A stretch of DNA of 64,000 bases, from positions 472 through 64,471 of the forward strand of contig ONKU01000019.1 of NCBI GenBank assembly GCA_900318535.1, written 5' to 3'. The notes under the pieces are model-generated. The model had not been told where the DNA came from and did not search any database. It was given only the letters and a program-made list of their open reading frames with translations. This DNA is from an uncultured Prevotellaceae bacterium. Lineage in GTDB: Bacteria; Bacteroidota; Bacteroidia; Bacteroidales; Muribaculaceae. The position numbers and the translations under genes are program-made. Of the stretch, positions 18,227 to 30,547 are shown in pieces (positions within the stretch are counted from its first letter, which is position 1; each line of letters begins with the position of its first letter).

Positions 18227-19726
18227 ATGGGAGTTTATTACACTAAACTACGCACTTATTTTCAACGGGCAGCCGTAGCCCTTGCCACCCTGGCGATCCT
18301 GCTGTTGCCGCAGCAGCTCAAAGCGCAGGACTGGTTTGGAGACGTGGACCTGGACGGCAAAGTCAACATCGGTGATGTGACCTCGCTAATCGACCACCTG
18401 CTGGCAAATGATCCCTTCACACCGTTTAATCCTTACGAGACCCGCCTGACGGCCAAGGGATATGGTGCCGTGGGCGATGGTGTGACCGATGACACACAGG
18501 CACTGGAGAACCTGTTTGATGCGGCATACCGCATGCACAAGGCGGTATTCTTCGAGCCCGGGACCTATCTCATTCGCCGCGCGTTAACATTGCGCACCGG
18601 CATGGAGATTTATGGCGACAACGCAACCATCAAGAAGCGGGAAGCCGTCACCACGTCATTGACCCAGGCGGCATCTAAGCATCAGACCTACATCGACGTC
18701 GCCGATGCCAGTGGATTTAACGTGGGCGACATGTTTGTCATCATTGAGCCTAACTATGCCAATGAGTGCACATTCGGCATCGTCACTTCCATAGAGGGAA
18801 ACCGCATCAATTTCTCCAATGTCATCAGCGACACGCAGAACAAATTCCCCGGGTGCGTCCGCAATTACGTCTCTGGCCGACAAGTGACCACCTCATTCGC
18901 GCTGCTGCGCTCCTGGAGCCCGCGTTTTGACTGCGACGGCGTGTACATCCACGATATCATCCTGGACGGCAACCGGAATAGTTCCGAACCCAAGGTTTGG
19001 TCCAACAGCTGCATCCACCTGGACGCCTATTACCCGCCTAACGGTTACACCGGTAATACAGGAATCGAATATAGGCACATCCAGCGAAATCTCACCGTCA
19101 ACAATGTGACCATCAAGAACTCGCCACACGACGGCATTAGCGACCAGAGCATGGGCGGCCTGCACGTGAGCAACTGCACCATCGAGAATCCCGCGATGCA
19201 CGGGGTGCACATGGGCACGAGATACTCAGGTGGTGTGATTACCGACAACAAGATGACTGGTAGCGGTGCATCGGGAGCCGGTGTTTTCCTATGCCAGAAT
19301 GTCGTCAACGTGATTGTCGAGAACAACGAGATTTCGAGTTTCAATCATGGTGTCAGCGACGAGGAATTTGCTACCTGCGGCAAGTACACCATTGTCCGCA
19401 ACAACGTGTTCAAGAACATCACCAGCTATGTGTTTGACTTCCTGAAGGCCAGCGCCACCTCGCGCGGCGGCGGACACATCATTACCGACAACAGCATCGA
19501 GGGGTTGAAGGCCATGATGTTCTCAGGCAAATACCTGGACTATGTCACCATCGCCAACAACACGGTGTCCAGCGTCACTACCGCTCCCACCGCCATCGTC
19601 AGCATTACCAATAGCGACAATGTCGTCATCTCGGGCAACAATCTGCCGTCGGGTACAACGATTGCACAGCCCGTGAGGAGCACCGACACGACCAACCTGC
19701 TCGACAACGGCAATTCCTGGAATTGA
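18227..19726 (+). CDS. Secreted protein: single dockerin-like Ca-binding repeat plus Pectate_lyase_3-like right-handed beta-helix
   Basis: Signal peptide ending LKA; GDVDLDGKVNIGDVTSLIDHLL; YGAVGDGVTDDTQAL, FFEPGTY; repeated beta-helix coils; own -7 element at 18179-18186. Confidence 0.75.
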   Translation: MGVYYTKLRTYFQRAAVALATLAILLLPQQLKAQDWFGDVDLDGKVNIGDVTSLIDHLLANDPFTPFNPYETRLTAKGYGAVGDGVTDDTQALENLFDAAYRMHKAVFFEPGTYLIRRALTLRTGMEIYGDNATIKKREAVTTSLTQAASKHQTYIDVADASGFNVGDMFVIIEPNYANECTFGIVTSIEGNRINFSNVISDTQNKFPGCVRNYVSGRQVTTSFALLRSWSPRFDCDGVYIHDIILDGNRNSSEPKVWSNSCIHLDAYYPPNGYTGNTGIEYRHIQRNLTVNNVTIKNSPHDGISDQSMGGLHVSNCTIENPAMHGVHMGTRYSGGVITDNKMTGSGASGAGVFLCQNVVNVIVENNEISSFNHGVSDEEFATCGKYTIVRNNVFKNITSYVFDFLKASATSRGGGHIITDNSIEGLKAMMFSGKYLDYVTIANNTVSSVTTAPTAIVSITNSDNVVISGNNLPSGTTIAQPVRSTDTTNLLDNGNSWN

Positions 19727-19768
19727 TTTAGCTATAGCACGATAACAGCGCACAGGAACATTCCCAGC

Positions 19769-19809
19769 AGACACGGCGACGCGCCCTTCCCATCAAACGG
19801 GAGGGCGCG
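19769..19809 (+). repeat. Direct repeat copy 2
   Basis: agacacggcgacgcgcccttcccatcaaacgggagggcgcg. Confidence 0.9.
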
Positions 19810-19843
19810 CCGCTTGTTTAATCGCACAGCCAGTCGAAATCAG

Positions 19844-19969
19844 TTAACAATAATTGTTCTCGCACTCTTTACCGCAGTTACAGCACTAGTGATGCCTTTG
19901 AACGTCATGATACCGAAACGGCTGCTGCCATTGGAGGAATTGACGATATTTATCCTTGAGCCAACTCAT
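19844..19969 (-). pseudogene. 5' remnant of a second DUF3667-family gene
   Basis: Translates MSWLKDKYRQFLQWQQPFRYHDVQRHH*CCNCGKECENNYC*, paralleling the N-terminus of the adjacent gene (LKKLYRRFKAWQ...YCNNCGYEYTGNFC). Confidence 0.7.
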
Positions 19970-19988
19970 CCTATTCTCTACTTATATC

Positions 19989-21086
19989 TTAGCTAATCAT
20001 TCTCAACAAGACACCTGATCTAACTAGCTCCATAGCGATGCAGATGATGATGAACGACACGAGGAACAGCAATGGCAAAGCCATCGCACGCAGCCACCCT
20101 CGTTCACGCCACAACTTGCGGTTAATAACGTCGGCCACCGATAACATCAGACCAGAACACGAAATGCAGAACACGCTTAGCATCCTGAGAAGCCACTTCT
20201 CTTCTACAACTTTGGTCGCATATTCAGGTTTTGTAGTAACACTATACCATAAAGCAATCGCGAAGAAACACAACACGATGACCATGACCATCAACAGCAC
20301 CCGCCACACGGTGCCCCACCAGCCGTAGCCAAACACCTGCTTGTAGTTCACAGTGACAATGACAGGCATCACCAATAAGGAACTTTCTATCATTATATCC
20401 TCAAAGCCGCTACTGCCCGCTTCATAGCCCAAATCTATTCCGGCCAGCTTGACAAAAGTAGAGATGATGAACACCCACACAAAGTACTGCGTTGTCATGA
20501 ACACCTGGATAAAGAAGCCTTGAGGTACTGTGTGCCGTGGATTGCGCGGCGAGTGCCTGAACACCAGCCAGGTGGGAAGTATCAGCAACGAGAAGATAAA
20601 CAGGTACAACCACTCAATATGATTTCCGATCCATTGAGACACAAAATCAAAATAGTATTGCCATCCTGTTGACGTGATAGCCCCAGGATCATATTCAATA
20701 AGTGCCGCCCAGTATTCAGGAAAGATGGCTTTACCGACAAGAAACAGGATTACCGCCACGAGCACAAGCATCTTGACGGGCGGAAAGCTCGACTGCCATT
20801 TGCCGTTGATATAATCGCTGATGAAATAGCCCGGACGCCACATCAGCTGCCACAACGAGTAGGGCAACGAGCGGCCACCCAGGCCCCACACGTCCATCAC
20901 GCTATGGCGCACCACATTCCACGTGACGCGGCCTGCTGTGGCTCGTTGTCCGCACACGGGGCAAAAGTTCCCTGTGTATTCATATCCGCAATTGTTGCAG
21001 TACCGTGGCACATCAGCCACAGGATAATCGGCGGGATGAACTTGCCAAGCCTTGAAACGACGATATAATTTCTTGAGACTAAACAC
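19989..21086 (-). CDS. DUF3667-type zinc-ribbon membrane protein
   Basis: CNNCG...FCPVCGQ, LMWRPGYFISDYINGK, multiple TM; GTG start 21086 overlaps the upstream stop. Confidence 0.75.
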   Translation of the reverse strand: MFSLKKLYRRFKAWQVHPADYPVADVPRYCNNCGYEYTGNFCPVCGQRATAGRVTWNVVRHSVMDVWGLGGRSLPYSLWQLMWRPGYFISDYINGKWQSSFPPVKMLVLVAVILFLVGKAIFPEYWAALIEYDPGAITSTGWQYYFDFVSQWIGNHIEWLYLFIFSLLILPTWLVFRHSPRNPRHTVPQGFFIQVFMTTQYFVWVFIISTFVKLAGIDLGYEAGSSGFEDIMIESSLLVMPVIVTVNYKQVFGYGWWGTVWRVLLMVMVIVLCFFAIALWYSVTTKPEYATKVVEEKWLLRMLSVFCISCSGLMLSVADVINRKLWRERGWLRAMALPLLFLVSFIIICIAMELVRSGVLLRMIS

Positions 21087-21696
21087 CGTCGCTTTTGGGT
21101 GCAGGTGCAGTTTCAGGCTCAGGTGCAGGCTCAACTGCAGGCTCAACTGCAGCAGTAGCATTGCGCACACGGCGCTCGGCAAGGTACTCTTGCAGGCTGG
21201 TGAAGTTGAACAGCAGCAGGCAGATGCCTGTCATCAGCACAACGGTGGAAACGTTCTCGCGCAATGACGACACCATGAGCGACAGCACGCCGCACAGCAC
21301 TACGACCAACGGGCAGATGTAATACCATCCCTTGACGTTCAGGCTCTTGCGGGACAGCATCAGGTAGATGACATGGAAGAGTCCCAACACGATGAGCAGG
21401 ACGGCCATGAGCAGCTGCAGGATGCCGTCAAACTTGTCGGGTTTCAATATCATCACCAGACCAAAGCACAAGCCTCCCACAGCGGGCAGCACCCCCATGT
21501 AGTCGACTCCGGTGCGGGCATCGGTATGGCGGACGGCAACCATAATCAGATAGACGACAGCCGGCAACATGAACATCGCACCCATCACGCGACACCCCCA
21601 CAACAGGATATCAGGCACGCTGTGGAAAACCATCAAGATAACACCGGCAAGCAGCAAAATCACATTAGTGAGCAGGTTAATACTGACCTTTTTCAT
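21079..21696 (-). CDS. DUF308/HdeD-like membrane protein
   Basis: About 6 TM helices and a Pro/Glu-rich tail. Confidence 0.6.
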   Translation of the reverse strand: MKKVSINLLTNVILLLAGVILMVFHSVPDILLWGCRVMGAMFMLPAVVYLIMVAVRHTDARTGVDYMGVLPAVGGLCFGLVMILKPDKFDGILQLLMAVLLIVLGLFHVIYLMLSRKSLNVKGWYYICPLVVVLCGVLSLMVSSLRENVSTVVLMTGICLLLFNFTSLQEYLAERRVRNATAAVEPAVEPAPEPETAPAPKSDGV

Positions 21697-21804
21697 TGTT
21701 TTCTGTAAGGTTAATGGTCACTTGTTAATAATTTTTCCACAAAAATAGCTTAAAAACAGTTATATTCAAAAAAATGACGCAAAAAAGTATTATCTTTGCA
21801 GTGA

Positions 21805-22710
21805 ATGCAAGAGAAACGCATGCACATACTCGCCATCATCAACCCCGTGTCGGGGACCAGCAACAAGGACAAGATTCCTCGGCTCATCGACACGGTCGTG
21901 GAACCCGACCGCCATGAAGTGAGCATCATGGCCACCGAATACCCCGGCCATGCCCATGAAATCGCCGAACAGGCTGTCAAGGACGGCTTCGACGTGGTCG
22001 TCGCCATTGGCGGTGACGGTACCGTCAACGAGGTGGGCAGCGCCCTGTGCGGCACACCCACAGCGCTGGCCATTGTGCCGTGCGGCTCGGGCAACGGCCT
22101 GGCACGCCACCTGCGCATCTCGATGAACGCCAACCGGGCCCTGCAGGTGCTCAACAACGGCGTGGTGGGCAAGTTTGACTACTGCACCGTGAACGGCAAG
22201 CCTTTCTTCTGCACCTGCGGCATGGGATTTGACGCCACGGTGAGCTACAAGTTCTCCAACGAGGGCACCCGCGGCTTTATCACCTACATCAAGACCGCCT
22301 TGACCGAGTATATCAAGTACAAGCCTCAAGAATACATCATCGACATCGACGGCATGAGGATGAAGGAGAAAGCCTTTGTCATCGCCTGCTGCAATGCGGC
22401 ACAATACGGCAACAACGCCTATATCGCACCGCGCGCGACCATGCAGGACGGCATGCTCGACCTGACGGTGATGCACCCGTTCAACTTTGTCGAGAGCCCG
22501 CTCATCGGAGCCCGCCTGTTCCTGCGCCAGCTGGGACACGACAACCACGTGAGCATCTACCGCGGCAAGCGTGTTACCATTGAGCGCAGCCACGACGACA
22601 TCCTCCACATCGACGGAGATCCCGTTATGATGCCCGCCAGGGTCGTCATCGAGAACGTGAGACGCGGCATCAACATTCTGGTGCCGCCCACCCTGCCCGA
22701 CGACGTCTGA
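21805..22710 (+). CDS. YegS/BmrU-like diacylglycerol kinase family lipid kinase
   Basis: IINPVSG, GGDGTVNEV, GSGNGLAR, QYGNNA, HIDGD. Confidence 0.9.
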   Translation: MQEKRMHILAIINPVSGTSNKDKIPRLIDTVVEPDRHEVSIMATEYPGHAHEIAEQAVKDGFDVVVAIGGDGTVNEVGSALCGTPTALAIVPCGSGNGLARHLRISMNANRALQVLNNGVVGKFDYCTVNGKPFFCTCGMGFDATVSYKFSNEGTRGFITYIKTALTEYIKYKPQEYIIDIDGMRMKEKAFVIACCNAAQYGNNAYIAPRATMQDGMLDLTVMHPFNFVESPLIGARLFLRQLGHDNHVSIYRGKRVTIERSHDDILHIDGDPVMMPARVVIENVRRGINILVPPTLPDDV

Positions 22711-22711
22711 T

Positions 22712-22746
22712 AACCAATAGCCAAAACCTAACGACTAACAACAAGA
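22712..22746 (+). repeat. Heptamer tandem array
   Basis: AACCAAT AGCCAAA ACCTAAC GACTAAC AACAAGA. Confidence 0.55.
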
Positions 22747-22753
22747 TATAGAA

Positions 22754-24712
22754 ATGAGTTATCTGAAATTTGACAAAAACCTGATGATCAATTTGGAGCA
22801 GTCACTGCCCAAAGAGATGCTGCGAACCAACCAGTCGGGAGCCTACCACTGCACCACCATCGTTGGCTGCAACACCCGCAAGCAGCATGGCTTGCTGGTC
22901 ATCCCTGTTCCCGAGCTCGACGACAACAACCATGTGCTGCTGTCCTCGCTCGACGAGACCGTCATCCAGCACGGTGCGCCGTTCAACCTGGGACTGCACC
23001 GCTACAAGGGTGACACCTACAGCCCCAACGGCCACAAGTACATCCGCGAGTATGACTGCGAACGCGTGCCCACCACCACCTATCGCGTGGGCGGCGTCAT
23101 CCTCAAGAAAGAGAAGATCTTTATCACCCACGAGAACCGCATCCTCATCCGTTACACGCTGGTGGATGCCCACTCGGCAACGACGCTGCAGTTCAGGCCC
23201 TTCCTGGCCTTCCGCAACGCCAATGACCTGTGCGTGGAAAATGCAGTCGCCAGCCGCGACTACCAGGAGGTGGCCAACGGTATCGCCACCTGCATGTACA
23301 ACGGCTATCCCACCCTGTACATGCAGATGAACCACAAGCCCCGCTTCGTGTTTGACCCGCACTGGTACAAGAACATCGAGTATACCAAGGACCAGGAGCG
23401 CGGCATCCCCTACAGCGAGGACCTGTACGTGCCCGGCTACTTCGAGGTCGAGATCAAGAAGGGCGAGCCCCTCATCTTCTCGGCAGGTGTCGAGGAGGTG
23501 AACACCCGCACGCTCACCAAGATGTATGAAGACGAGATCAAGCCGCGCACACCGCGCACGAGCTTCTATAACTGCATGAAGAACAGCGCCAAGCAGTTCT
23601 ACATCACCAACAAGGAGGGTCACTACCTGCTGGCCGGCTATCCCTGGTTCAAGATCCGCGCCCGCGACGAGTTCATCGCTCTGCCGGGCTGCACCCTGTC
23701 GGTACACCACCGCCAGGACTTCGAGCTCATCATGGATACCGCACAGCGCGCCCTCTACGACTGGATGCGCGACGGCACGCTCGACAAGCATCTCGACGGC
23801 CTGGAACTGCCCGACATACCCCTGTGGGCCATCTGGGCCGTACAACGCTATGCCCACGACCTCAATGCCGAGGCCGCCCGCGAGCGCTATGGCCAACTGG
23901 TCAAGGACCTGATCAACTTCATTGCTGACGGCCATCATCCCAACCTCAAGTTGGATCCTAACGGCCTTGTCGCTACCGACGGCACCAAGCGTCCCGTCTC
24001 GTGGATGAACAGCACTCACCCCGACGGCACGCCGCTCATCCCCCGCACGGGTTATCTGGTCGAGTTCAACGCCTTGTGGTACAACGCCCTCAGATTTGCT
24101 GTGGAAGAGCTCTTCGGCACTGTTGAAGAGGAGAAAGACTTTGTTGAGCGCTGCAACGCCATTGCCGAGAAGTGCAAACCCGCCTTCATCGAGACGTTCA
24201 TGACCGATTACGGCTACCTGTACGACTACGTGAACGGCAGTTACACCGACCTGAGCGTGCGTCCCAACATGATCATCGCCGCCGCTACCGACTACAGCCC
24301 GCTGGACCGCCGCCAGCGCAAACGCATCCTTGACATCACCACCCGCGAGCTGCTGACTCCCAAGGGACTGCGTACCCTGAGCCCCAACAGCTACGGCTAT
24401 ATTCCCTGGTATCTGGGCACCCCCGAGGAGCGCCAGACGGCCTACTATGCCGGCAGCGCACGTCCCTGGCTGATGGACTTCTACAGCAAGGCCTACATCC
24501 GCGTCTTCGGCTTGAACAGCATCTCGTTCATCGAGCGCATGATGATCGGCTTCGAGGACGAAATGAAGGAAGGCTGCATCGGCTCGCTCAGCGAACTGTA
24601 TGACGGCAACCCGCCGTTCATCGGACGTGGCGCCGTGAGCTTCGCTCCCAACGTGGGCGGCATCCTGCGCGTGCTTCGCACCTTCAAGAACCTTCACATC
24701 ATTGACGAATAA
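22754..24712 (+). CDS. Glycogen debranching enzyme / amylo-alpha-1,6-glucosidase (GH133-like)
   Basis: RKQHGLL N-terminal domain, AGYPWF, SVRPN, GLRTLSP, GSLSELYDG. Confidence 0.85.
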   Translation: MSYLKFDKNLMINLEQSLPKEMLRTNQSGAYHCTTIVGCNTRKQHGLLVIPVPELDDNNHVLLSSLDETVIQHGAPFNLGLHRYKGDTYSPNGHKYIREYDCERVPTTTYRVGGVILKKEKIFITHENRILIRYTLVDAHSATTLQFRPFLAFRNANDLCVENAVASRDYQEVANGIATCMYNGYPTLYMQMNHKPRFVFDPHWYKNIEYTKDQERGIPYSEDLYVPGYFEVEIKKGEPLIFSAGVEEVNTRTLTKMYEDEIKPRTPRTSFYNCMKNSAKQFYITNKEGHYLLAGYPWFKIRARDEFIALPGCTLSVHHRQDFELIMDTAQRALYDWMRDGTLDKHLDGLELPDIPLWAIWAVQRYAHDLNAEAARERYGQLVKDLINFIADGHHPNLKLDPNGLVATDGTKRPVSWMNSTHPDGTPLIPRTGYLVEFNALWYNALRFAVEELFGTVEEEKDFVERCNAIAEKCKPAFIETFMTDYGYLYDYVNGSYTDLSVRPNMIIAAATDYSPLDRRQRKRILDITTRELLTPKGLRTLSPNSYGYIPWYLGTPEERQTAYYAGSARPWLMDFYSKAYIRVFGLNSISFIERMMIGFEDEMKEGCIGSLSELYDGNPPFIGRGAVSFAPNVGGILRVLRTFKNLHIIDE

Positions 24713-24726
24713 ACCTATCAAGAGAT

Positions 24727-25989
24727 ATGAAAGCATTAATGTTCGGATGGGAGTTCCCTCCCCACATTCTGGGAGGCCTGGGAACAGCAAGTTACGGCCT
24801 CACTAAGGGCATGTGGCAAAACGGTGACATGGACATCACCTTTGTCATTCCCAAGCCCTGGGGCGACGAGCCCAAGGATTTTGCCAACATCATCGGCGCG
24901 AACTGCACGCCCGTTGCATGGCGTGATGTGGACTGGGACTATGTGCAGGCCCGCATCGGCAATGTGATGGATCCGCAGCTGTACTACAACCTGCGCGACC
25001 ACATCTATGGCGACTTCAACTACATGAGCACCAACGACCTGGGGTGCATCGAGTTCTCGGGACGCTATCCTGAGAACCTGCTCGAGGAGATCAACAACTA
25101 CAGCATCGTGGCAGGCGTCATCGCCCGCACGGTGGACTGCGACGTCATCCACAGCCACGACTGGCTCACCTATCCTGCCGGCATCCATGCCAAGCAGGTG
25201 ACTGGCAAGCCCCTGGTGATCCACGTGCACGCCACCGACTTTGACCGCTCGCGCGGCAATGTCAATCCCACGGTGTTCAGCATCGAGAAGGACGGTATGA
25301 ACCATGCCGACCACATCATCACCGTGAGCAACCTCACGCGCCGCACCGTTATCGAGAAATACGGCATCAGCCCCGACAAGGTGACCACCGTGCACAACGC
25401 CGTGGAGCCCCTCAACGAGGAATTGCTCAACCTGGAGGCTCCTCCGGGCAAGACGAACAAGGTCATCACCTTCTTGGGCCGCATCACCATGCAGAAGGGC
25501 CCCGAGTACTTTGTTGAGGCTGCCGCACAGGTGCTGCACAAGGTCAACAACGCGCAATTTGTGATGGCCGGCAGCGGCGACATGATGGACAAGATGATTC
25601 GCCTTGCTGCCAAGCGCGACATCGCCGACCGTTTCCACTTCACGGGCTTCCTGAAAGGCAAACAGGTGTATGAGATGCTGGCAGCCAGCGACGTGTACAT
25701 CATGCCGTCGGTCAGCGAGCCCTTCGGCATCTCGCCGCTCGAGGCGATGCAGATGGGCGTACCCTCGATCATCAGCAAGCAGAGCGGCTGTGCCGAGATC
25801 CTGGACAACGTCATCAAGATCGACTACTGGGATACCAATGCCATGGCCGATGCCATCTACAGCATCATCAAGTATCCCGCAATGTACAACGAGTTGCGCG
25901 ATCAAGGTCTTGCCGAGGTCAACCAGATCACCTGGGACAAGGCTGGCGCCAAGGTCATCAACATCTACCGCAACCTGATCAACCGTTAG
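24727..25989 (+). CDS. GT4 glycosyltransferase, probable alpha-glucan synthase
   Basis: WEFPPHILGGLG, HSHDWLT, QKGPEYF, PSVSEPFGISPLEAM. Confidence 0.85.
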   Translation: MKALMFGWEFPPHILGGLGTASYGLTKGMWQNGDMDITFVIPKPWGDEPKDFANIIGANCTPVAWRDVDWDYVQARIGNVMDPQLYYNLRDHIYGDFNYMSTNDLGCIEFSGRYPENLLEEINNYSIVAGVIARTVDCDVIHSHDWLTYPAGIHAKQVTGKPLVIHVHATDFDRSRGNVNPTVFSIEKDGMNHADHIITVSNLTRRTVIEKYGISPDKVTTVHNAVEPLNEELLNLEAPPGKTNKVITFLGRITMQKGPEYFVEAAAQVLHKVNNAQFVMAGSGDMMDKMIRLAAKRDIADRFHFTGFLKGKQVYEMLAASDVYIMPSVSEPFGISPLEAMQMGVPSIISKQSGCAEILDNVIKIDYWDTNAMADAIYSIIKYPAMYNELRDQGLAEVNQITWDKAGAKVINIYRNLINR

Positions 25990-25994
25990 GCAAC

Positions 25995-26029
25995 AACTAA
26001 AAACCAAGAACCAAGAACTAAAAACTCAA
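25995..26029 (+). repeat. Heptamer tandem array
   Basis: AACTAAA AACCAAG AACCAAG AACTAAA AACTCAA, ending 5 nt before ATG 26035. Confidence 0.75.
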
Positions 26030-26034
26030 TAATA

Positions 26035-27534
26035 ATGAAAGCGATTTGTTTTTATTTCCAGATTCATCAGCCGTTCCGCCTGAAACATTACCGTTTCTTC
26101 GACATCGGCAACGACCACTACTACTATGATGACTTTGCCGACGATGACATCATCACGCGCATCGCACAGCGGTCTTATCTGCCCGCCAACCAGATGCTGC
26201 TCGACATGATCAAGGAAAACGGCAAGAAGTTCAAAGTGGCCTTCTCCATCAGCGGCACCGCACTGGAGCAGTTGGAACAGTATGTACCCGAGTTCATCGA
26301 CTCGATGAAGGAACTGGCCGCCACCGGCTGCGTCGAGTTCCTGAGCGAGACCTATGCCCACAGCCTGTCGTCGCTCTACGACCCCGACGAGTTTGTGGCC
26401 CAGGTCAAGGCTCACGACGCCAAGATCTACCAGCTCTTCGGCCAAAAGCCCAAGGTGTTCCGCAACACCGAGCTGATCTATGACGACGACGTGGCCTCGA
26501 TGGTCTATGCCATGGGCTTCAAGGCCGCCATCACCGCCGATGCCAAGCACGTGCTGGGCTGGCGCTCGCCCAACTTCCTGTACAGTTCGGCTTCGGCTCC
26601 CAAGCTCAAGCTGCTGTTGAAGAACGGCAAGCTGAGCGACGACATTTCGTTCCGTTTCAGCAACCCCGAGTGGGCATCCTATCCCCTCACGGCCGACAAG
26701 TACATCAACTGGATCAACGAGTTGCCCCAGGAGGAACAGCTGGTCAACCTGTTCATGAACTACGACGCGCTGGGCGAGCTGCAGCCTCGCGAGAGCGGCA
26801 TCTTTGAGTTCATCAAGGCACTGCCCCGCTTTGCCGCCGAGCACGACATCCAGTTCTGGACTCCCAGCGAGGTGGTTTCCAAGTTCAAACCCGTTGCCGA
26901 ACTCGCCGTGCCCTATCCCATGTCATGGACCGACGAGGCCCGCGACACCAGCGCATGGCTGGGCAACACCCTGCAGCAGGAGGCCGTCAGGAAACTGTAC
27001 TCCATCGGTGAACGCGTGCGCCTGTGCACCGACCGCCGCATCAAGCAGGACTGGAACTACCTGCAGGCCAGCGACCACTTCTTCTACATGTCCACCAAGC
27101 ACAACGACGACGGCTCGGTACACAGCCACTACAGCCCCTATGACTCGCCCTACACCGCGTTCACCAACTACATGAACGTGCTGAGCGACTTCATGACACG
27201 CGTCGAGGAGCAGTACCCCGCCAGCATCGACAACGAGGAGCTGAACTCGCTGCTGCTCACCATCCGCAATCAGGAGCAGGAGATCGAGAAGCTGCACCGC
27301 GAGGTAGAGATGATGCGCAACAACATCGTCCAGGACACCACCGGCGACTTCCCCATCGACGAGGAGCCCGCTCCCGAGCCCGAACCCGTCAAGGAGGAAA
27401 AACCCGCTCCTGAGAAGAAGAAACCGGCTGCCAAAAAGCCCGCGGCCAAGAAACCCGCTGCTAAGAAGCCTGCAGCCAAAAAGCCTGCAGCCAAGAAGCC
27501 TGCAGCCAAGAAACCCGCTGCAAAAAAGGCATAA
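26035..27534 (+). CDS. GH57 family alpha-amylase/glucanotransferase with a Lys/Ala-rich tail
   Basis: FQIHQP, ETYAHSLS, FRNTELIY, MNYD; C-terminal KKPAA x7. Confidence 0.88.
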   Translation: MKAICFYFQIHQPFRLKHYRFFDIGNDHYYYDDFADDDIITRIAQRSYLPANQMLLDMIKENGKKFKVAFSISGTALEQLEQYVPEFIDSMKELAATGCVEFLSETYAHSLSSLYDPDEFVAQVKAHDAKIYQLFGQKPKVFRNTELIYDDDVASMVYAMGFKAAITADAKHVLGWRSPNFLYSSASAPKLKLLLKNGKLSDDISFRFSNPEWASYPLTADKYINWINELPQEEQLVNLFMNYDALGELQPRESGIFEFIKALPRFAAEHDIQFWTPSEVVSKFKPVAELAVPYPMSWTDEARDTSAWLGNTLQQEAVRKLYSIGERVRLCTDRRIKQDWNYLQASDHFFYMSTKHNDDGSVHSHYSPYDSPYTAFTNYMNVLSDFMTRVEEQYPASIDNEELNSLLLTIRNQEQEIEKLHREVEMMRNNIVQDTTGDFPIDEEPAPEPEPVKEEKPAPEKKKPAAKKPAAKKPAAKKPAAKKPAAKKPAAKKPAAKKA

Positions 27535-27557
27535 TTGCCAGCCGTAGACATCTCATG

Positions 27558-27593
27558 ATGAGAGGATGCCCATTCGCTGAGGCATCCTCTCAT
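27558..27593 (+). terminator. Intrinsic terminator of the glycogen operon
   Basis: atgagaggatgcc...ggcatcctctcat followed by T-rich sequence. Confidence 0.85.
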
Positions 27594-27861
27594 TTTATTT
27601 TATTATGTGCCGTGAAAAGCGGTACCAACTGCATCTCGCCGCAGCTGGCCATGGCAAGACCGTCAGGATGGCGCAAAATCATCATGCTAGGCCGCACTTT
27701 CACTTGCAAAATGTAACAAAAAACGAGTATTTCGAGAGCTCTGAATAAAAAATACATTTTTTAAGGCCTAAAATGCTAACTTTTGGGCAAAAATCACTAC
27801 CTTTGCACCGCAAAAGCGAAATTCATAATAATTGCAATTATATTCAACAAAAATTTAGTAA

Positions 27862-30534
<2,673 letters not shown>

Positions 30535-30547
30535 ACTACCACACATC

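Noticed and set aside
18112-19809. Direct repeats as a CRISPR array or integron attC sites
   Set aside because: Only two copies 1.6 kb apart, no cas or integrase gene, and no clear attC R-box (RYYYAAC/GTTRRRY) ends.
21095-21155. Tandem caggctca(a/g)(c/g)tg repeats
   Set aside because: They simply encode the AVEPAVEPAPEPE tail of the DUF308-like protein. The 19989..21182 ORF extension through them is spurious.
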